From Alphaproteobacteria bacterium (GTDB taxonomy: Bacteria > Pseudomonadota > Alphaproteobacteria > Rs-D84 > SZUA-605): DNA of 64,000 nucleotides. The DNA lies in assembly GCA_031549385.1 (NCBI GenBank), contig JAVBPW010000001.1, forward strand, positions 67,348-131,347. Reading direction: 5' to 3'. The position numbers and the translations under genes were made by a program. This document shows positions 60,638 through 64,000 of the stretch, piece by piece. The notes beneath the pieces were generated by a model that was not told the DNA's origin, made no database searches, and saw only the letters and a list, made by a program, of their open reading frames with translations. Position 1 is the stretch's first letter. Each line of letters begins with the position of its first letter.

Positions 60638-62055
60638 TATTTCAATTTACCTCCTATGAAATCCATTATAAAGTTTCCACCATTTTTTAATTTATCAAGA
60701 CCTTTATTGAATAAATCTATTCCTAGGTTGCTTAAATTATTAATCAATAAATCTTCTTTATTTAGTTTTACCTTTCCTTTTATAAAATTAAACATTTCAA
60801 ATGTTAGTTTTGATAATGCCATAATTATTAAAAGCATCATTAATCCCCAATTTGTGTCTGGAGTTGGTAATTTTTTGTAACAATCTAATGTTTGTTTGTT
60901 TAATTTAGACATATCTATATTAGTACTCCAAGTGTCACCTTTAAGACTTGAACTTTTTATTATTTCAACACATTTATCATATTCTTGCTTAGCTTTTGAT
61001 GCTTGCCTTGTATCAACTTTATTAAAATAGTCAGGGAAAAGATATGAATAATTATCTTGAGGGCCTGGAAAATATATGTCACCAACCTTCATATAAACTG
61101 CATATACAACAACAAATGCTATTGATAATGTTACCATATAGAGAGCAGCATTTATTACGGCATTAAGAGCAAAAGATTTCATCCAATCAACTGGTTTTTT
61201 AAGAGCTGTTTCAAATACCCATCCCACCAGAAGTAATGGTAAGATTATAACTGGAATTAATAATGATATTAAAATATCTAACATCATAAAGGCTATATAT
61301 AAAAGCAATGAGAAGAAAGCTAGGAATATCCAATAACCAGATAGAGTTGCTGTTATACTCATCATACTCATTCCCATAGACATTAGCTGTCCACCACCTT
61401 GCATTCCACCCATCATAATTAATGATGTTGATGATACATAACATAAGAAGTCTTTTTTCATTTCATTTGAAAATACAGAATCATCTGCCCCGCCACCTTC
61501 TGACTTATAGTTATCACACATACCTTCTGGAAGTTGTAGGATACTTTGAGAAACATAACTTCCCATTTTCATTACTGGACCTATATAACCTCTTGCTGCT
61601 AATTTTACAAAATTGATTGTTGAATTTGTAAATGCTCCTAATAATATTGTTATTAAAACAGCTCTCCATAATCTGCCTATTATTTTGCTTAGATATTGTT
61701 TTGGAGTTGTTTCATTTACTTTTAGAATTGTTTCAAATGTATAATATATTGTCCATAATACTAATCCTATTGCTAATAATTGCATTGATGATGAGATTAA
61801 AAAGTCAAGAGCATAGTCTGCGGCTACTCTAAATACATCAAATAATTTTGCTAATAAATCACAACCTATACATGACGATGAATTTATAACATCACATCCT
61901 GGTTGTGTTGGATCGCATCCTATTGTACTTGTTAGCCAATCAGTTACATTGCCACCACCAGCACCTTTGTTTGTTGGGGATGCAAAAAATATTACAAGAA
62001 ACGGTAGTACCGAAAATGTAAAATATTTAATAAGCATAAATATAATTTTTGCCAT
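60637..62055 (-). CDS. Polytopic membrane protein paralog 2 (472 aa), signal peptide; VirB6/TrbL-like architecture
   Basis: Signal peptide plus TM bundle. GGM/Q-rich loop. ISLLIPVIILPLLLVGWVFE...VDWMKSF block. Confidence 0.45.
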   Translation of the reverse strand: MAKIIFMLIKYFTFSVLPFLVIFFASPTNKGAGGGNVTDWLTSTIGCDPTQPGCDVINSSSCIGCDLLAKLFDVFRVAADYALDFLISSSMQLLAIGLVLWTIYYTFETILKVNETTPKQYLSKIIGRLWRAVLITILLGAFTNSTINFVKLAARGYIGPVMKMGSYVSQSILQLPEGMCDNYKSEGGGADDSVFSNEMKKDFLCYVSSTSLIMMGGMQGGGQLMSMGMSMMSITATLSGYWIFLAFFSLLLYIAFMMLDILISLLIPVIILPLLLVGWVFETALKKPVDWMKSFALNAVINAALYMVTLSIAFVVVYAVYMKVGDIYFPGPQDNYSYLFPDYFNKVDTRQASKAKQEYDKCVEIIKSSSLKGDTWSTNIDMSKLNKQTLDCYKKLPTPDTNWGLMMLLIIMALSKLTFEMFNFIKGKVKLNKEDLLINNLSNLGIDLFNKGLDKLKNGGNFIMDFIGGKLK

Positions 62056-62058
62056 CTC

Positions 62059-63684
62059 TTAAAACCATCCTTTTATTTTTCCAAAAACATTTTTAACACC
62101 ACCCCAAGCTTGCTTTCCATAAGCCCTTACACCACGAGCATATCTTGGGTCTAATCTTAAATTTGCAGCGTCTTTGAATTTAGTTTTTGTATCAAGAACA
62201 TCTTTTACGCCATCAATTGCATTGTCTTCAAATTTTTTACCATAACCGCTGTCAAAATCACTTATATCTTTATCAAAGTATTTTACAAATTCATTTGTAT
62301 ATTTTGGTATTTGTTTTATGAAATGACTTGATATAAAACCTATGATTATTAATTCAAATAATCCAGCTCCAAAATAGCCTAATTTTTCTGCTATTTCAGG
62401 TGTTATGTTTTCTGCATCTGGTAAAGATATAGCTTTTAACATAAGCATTATTAGCATAGTAAAGAATGCTGTAAAAATACTTATGAAACAAATTTGAACT
62501 AGACTTTTCCAAATATCTTTGAATGAAAAGAAATTTGTTTTGTAATCAATTACCCAGAAAGCTATTGATAATGGTAAGAAGAATAGACATTTACATATTT
62601 CTATTAACGGTGAAATAAGATACATAGAAATTGCAAAAAGATTTTTTAAGAATAAAAATATTAATATTAATCCTGGAATTATTTTGAATTTACCTAGTAA
62701 ACTGAAACCTAATAAAACAGGTTCCATTAAAACTTTGAAACTGCTTTGAACTAAACACATATAGTTTTGTTTGAATGAGTTTCCTAGCATTTCAAATTCA
62801 CCACCCATGTTAGAAAGATTATATGTACATGAGAAATCTTTACCCATTATTCCTTGGACTAAAATTGACGTTAGATCAAATATTGGCTTTGCAATAAATT
62901 CTATTATTTCTTTTGGAATAAAAAATGTAGTTGGAGCTGGGAGAAGGACTAAACCTGCTATTATTAATTTTACAGCTTGCTTTACATATTTTTTATTCAT
63001 ATCTTTTGGGCTCATAGTAGGTCCCGTGATTCCACCATATATACCTTTGAAAATATCCCAACCTAAAAATATTATTAGAAGGCATGCTGTCATATAAAAT
63101 ACAAAATCTTTTATGTTCACAAAAAACATGTACGTATATTGAGAAATAAAATTATAAAAAGTTTCATATATAGGACAAATGAAACAACCTGATTTGAAAG
63201 TTTTAATAGCCATAAAGAAACCTTCGTTATAACATCCTGGTCTCCAATCTATTGTCTTTATATCATAGCTTCCTATTTTTAGTTGAGATTTTGACTTAGT
63301 TTCTTTTGTTGGAGCCATAACGCCTAATGTTTGACCAAATGGGGATAAAAATTGACCTCTGGAAACTGATACTGGTCTGTATGCTGAAGATAATATATTA
63401 AACTCATCAAATCCATAATCAGAACAAATATCCCATGCAATTCTTCCTCTTTTTTCAAATTGCCCTTTGTCATTTAAAAATACATTTTGAGTTGATTTAT
63501 CCATTTTAATTCTTTCATCTATTATTTGACTTATAGTTGAAGAATCAATTAGCATTCTTCTTTGGCTTGCTATTTGATGAATTTCATTTGCTATACCTGG
63601 ATTTAAATCAAATGATATAAATATTGATGGATTTGTATCTTGTGGGAAAAGCTTTAAATAATCAGAATAACTTATTTTACCCAT
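62059..63684 (-). CDS. Polytopic membrane protein paralog 1 (541 aa from ATG; probably N-terminally extended to about 63858 with a signal peptide)
   Basis: Large periplasmic-like N-domain then TM bundle (CLFFLPLSIAFWVIDY...KDIWKSL). The in-frame upstream reads IKQLRIIFAVLTFVLFANNAHA, preceded by AGGAGG. Confidence 0.45.
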   Translation of the reverse strand: MGKISYSDYLKLFPQDTNPSIFISFDLNPGIANEIHQIASQRRMLIDSSTISQIIDERIKMDKSTQNVFLNDKGQFEKRGRIAWDICSDYGFDEFNILSSAYRPVSVSRGQFLSPFGQTLGVMAPTKETKSKSQLKIGSYDIKTIDWRPGCYNEGFFMAIKTFKSGCFICPIYETFYNFISQYTYMFFVNIKDFVFYMTACLLIIFLGWDIFKGIYGGITGPTMSPKDMNKKYVKQAVKLIIAGLVLLPAPTTFFIPKEIIEFIAKPIFDLTSILVQGIMGKDFSCTYNLSNMGGEFEMLGNSFKQNYMCLVQSSFKVLMEPVLLGFSLLGKFKIIPGLILIFLFLKNLFAISMYLISPLIEICKCLFFLPLSIAFWVIDYKTNFFSFKDIWKSLVQICFISIFTAFFTMLIMLMLKAISLPDAENITPEIAEKLGYFGAGLFELIIIGFISSHFIKQIPKYTNEFVKYFDKDISDFDSGYGKKFEDNAIDGVKDVLDTKTKFKDAANLRLDPRYARGVRAYGKQAWGGVKNVFGKIKGWF

Positions 63685-63854
63685 TCCTGTTTGTTTTAAA
63701 TAATGAATATCATAACAAGAAAAAGATGATGAAAAGCCACTTATATCATTATTTGATAAACCTAATACATCTTGTAATTTTCCACTACAAGAAGCATGTG
63801 CATTATTAGCAAATAATACAAAAGTTAGAACAGCAAAAATTATTCTAAGCTGTT

Positions 63855-64000
63855 TTATGGGTTTCCTCCTGGGGTTCTTGCGTTTCTTATACGCTCATAT
63901 CTTTCTCTGAAAGATGCGCTTGTTGGTTTTGTAACCGTATCACTTATTAGTTTCTTACTTGTATTAAATTTTTTCACTGCATTATCTTTTGTTGCTATCA
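63855..64000 (-). CDS. 3' end of an upstream gene (C-terminus ...KPTSASFRERYERIRNARTPGGNP), partial
   Basis: Open minus-strand frame from the window edge to the TAA at 63855-63857. Overlaps the SD of the next gene. Confidence 0.35.
   Translation of the reverse strand, partial: IATKDNAVKKFNTSKKLISDTVTKPTSASFRERYERIRNARTPGGNP

Noticed and set aside
60656-61832. Several plus-strand 64-77 aa ORFs antisense to the membrane-protein array
   Set aside because: Leu/Ile-rich products of reading a TM-rich gene in reverse. No start signals.

Overview
This window is a low-GC (about 30%) Gram-negative chromosome segment. It looks alphaproteobacterial and Rickettsiales-like, on three grounds: a GcrA cell-cycle regulator and a DUF3126-type small protein are present, and fusA abuts rpsJ with no tuf between them. 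The first 13.5 kb carries the complete str/S10/spc ribosomal-protein cluster on the minus strand (rpsL-rpsG-fusA, then rpsJ through rplO, then partial secY). The rest is mostly housekeeping: birA, valS, mutL, two tandem greA paralogs, dnaK, a truncated dcw block (mraZ-rsmH-ftsL-ftsI), tsaD, cvpA, prfB with its programmed +1 frameshift, ftsK, rpmE, gcrA, ihfB, accD-accA, aas, dsbA-like, kefB, lspA, fpr, ruvC, gatCA, tolB, and two tRNAs (Lys-CUU and Thr-GGU, both minus strand). The candidate novel material comes in eight parts. (1) A dispersed, same-orientation 60-bp hairpin repeat family has five copies in the window. Two of them flank a small tRNA-Thr-adjacent islet encoding two paralogous Cys-containing secreted proteins and a 179-aa unknown protein. 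(2) At the right end, a tandem array of three paralogous polytopic membrane proteins (VirB6/TrbL-like architecture) is followed by a phage tail-fibre-like protein and a translationally coupled small ORF. (3) A GreA paralog carries an Asp-to-Asn change at the catalytic tip. (4) A 460-aa unknown protein is translationally coupled to mutL. (5) Five tiny hydrophobic peptide genes sit in tandem. (6) Two secreted proteins share a Cys-rich motif. (7) A GC-rich candidate sRNA lies between two bidirectional terminators beside tRNA-Lys. (8) A sigma-32-type promoter sits immediately upstream of dnaK. All functional calls rest on by-eye recognition of motifs in the supplied translations, and none has been searched against a database.
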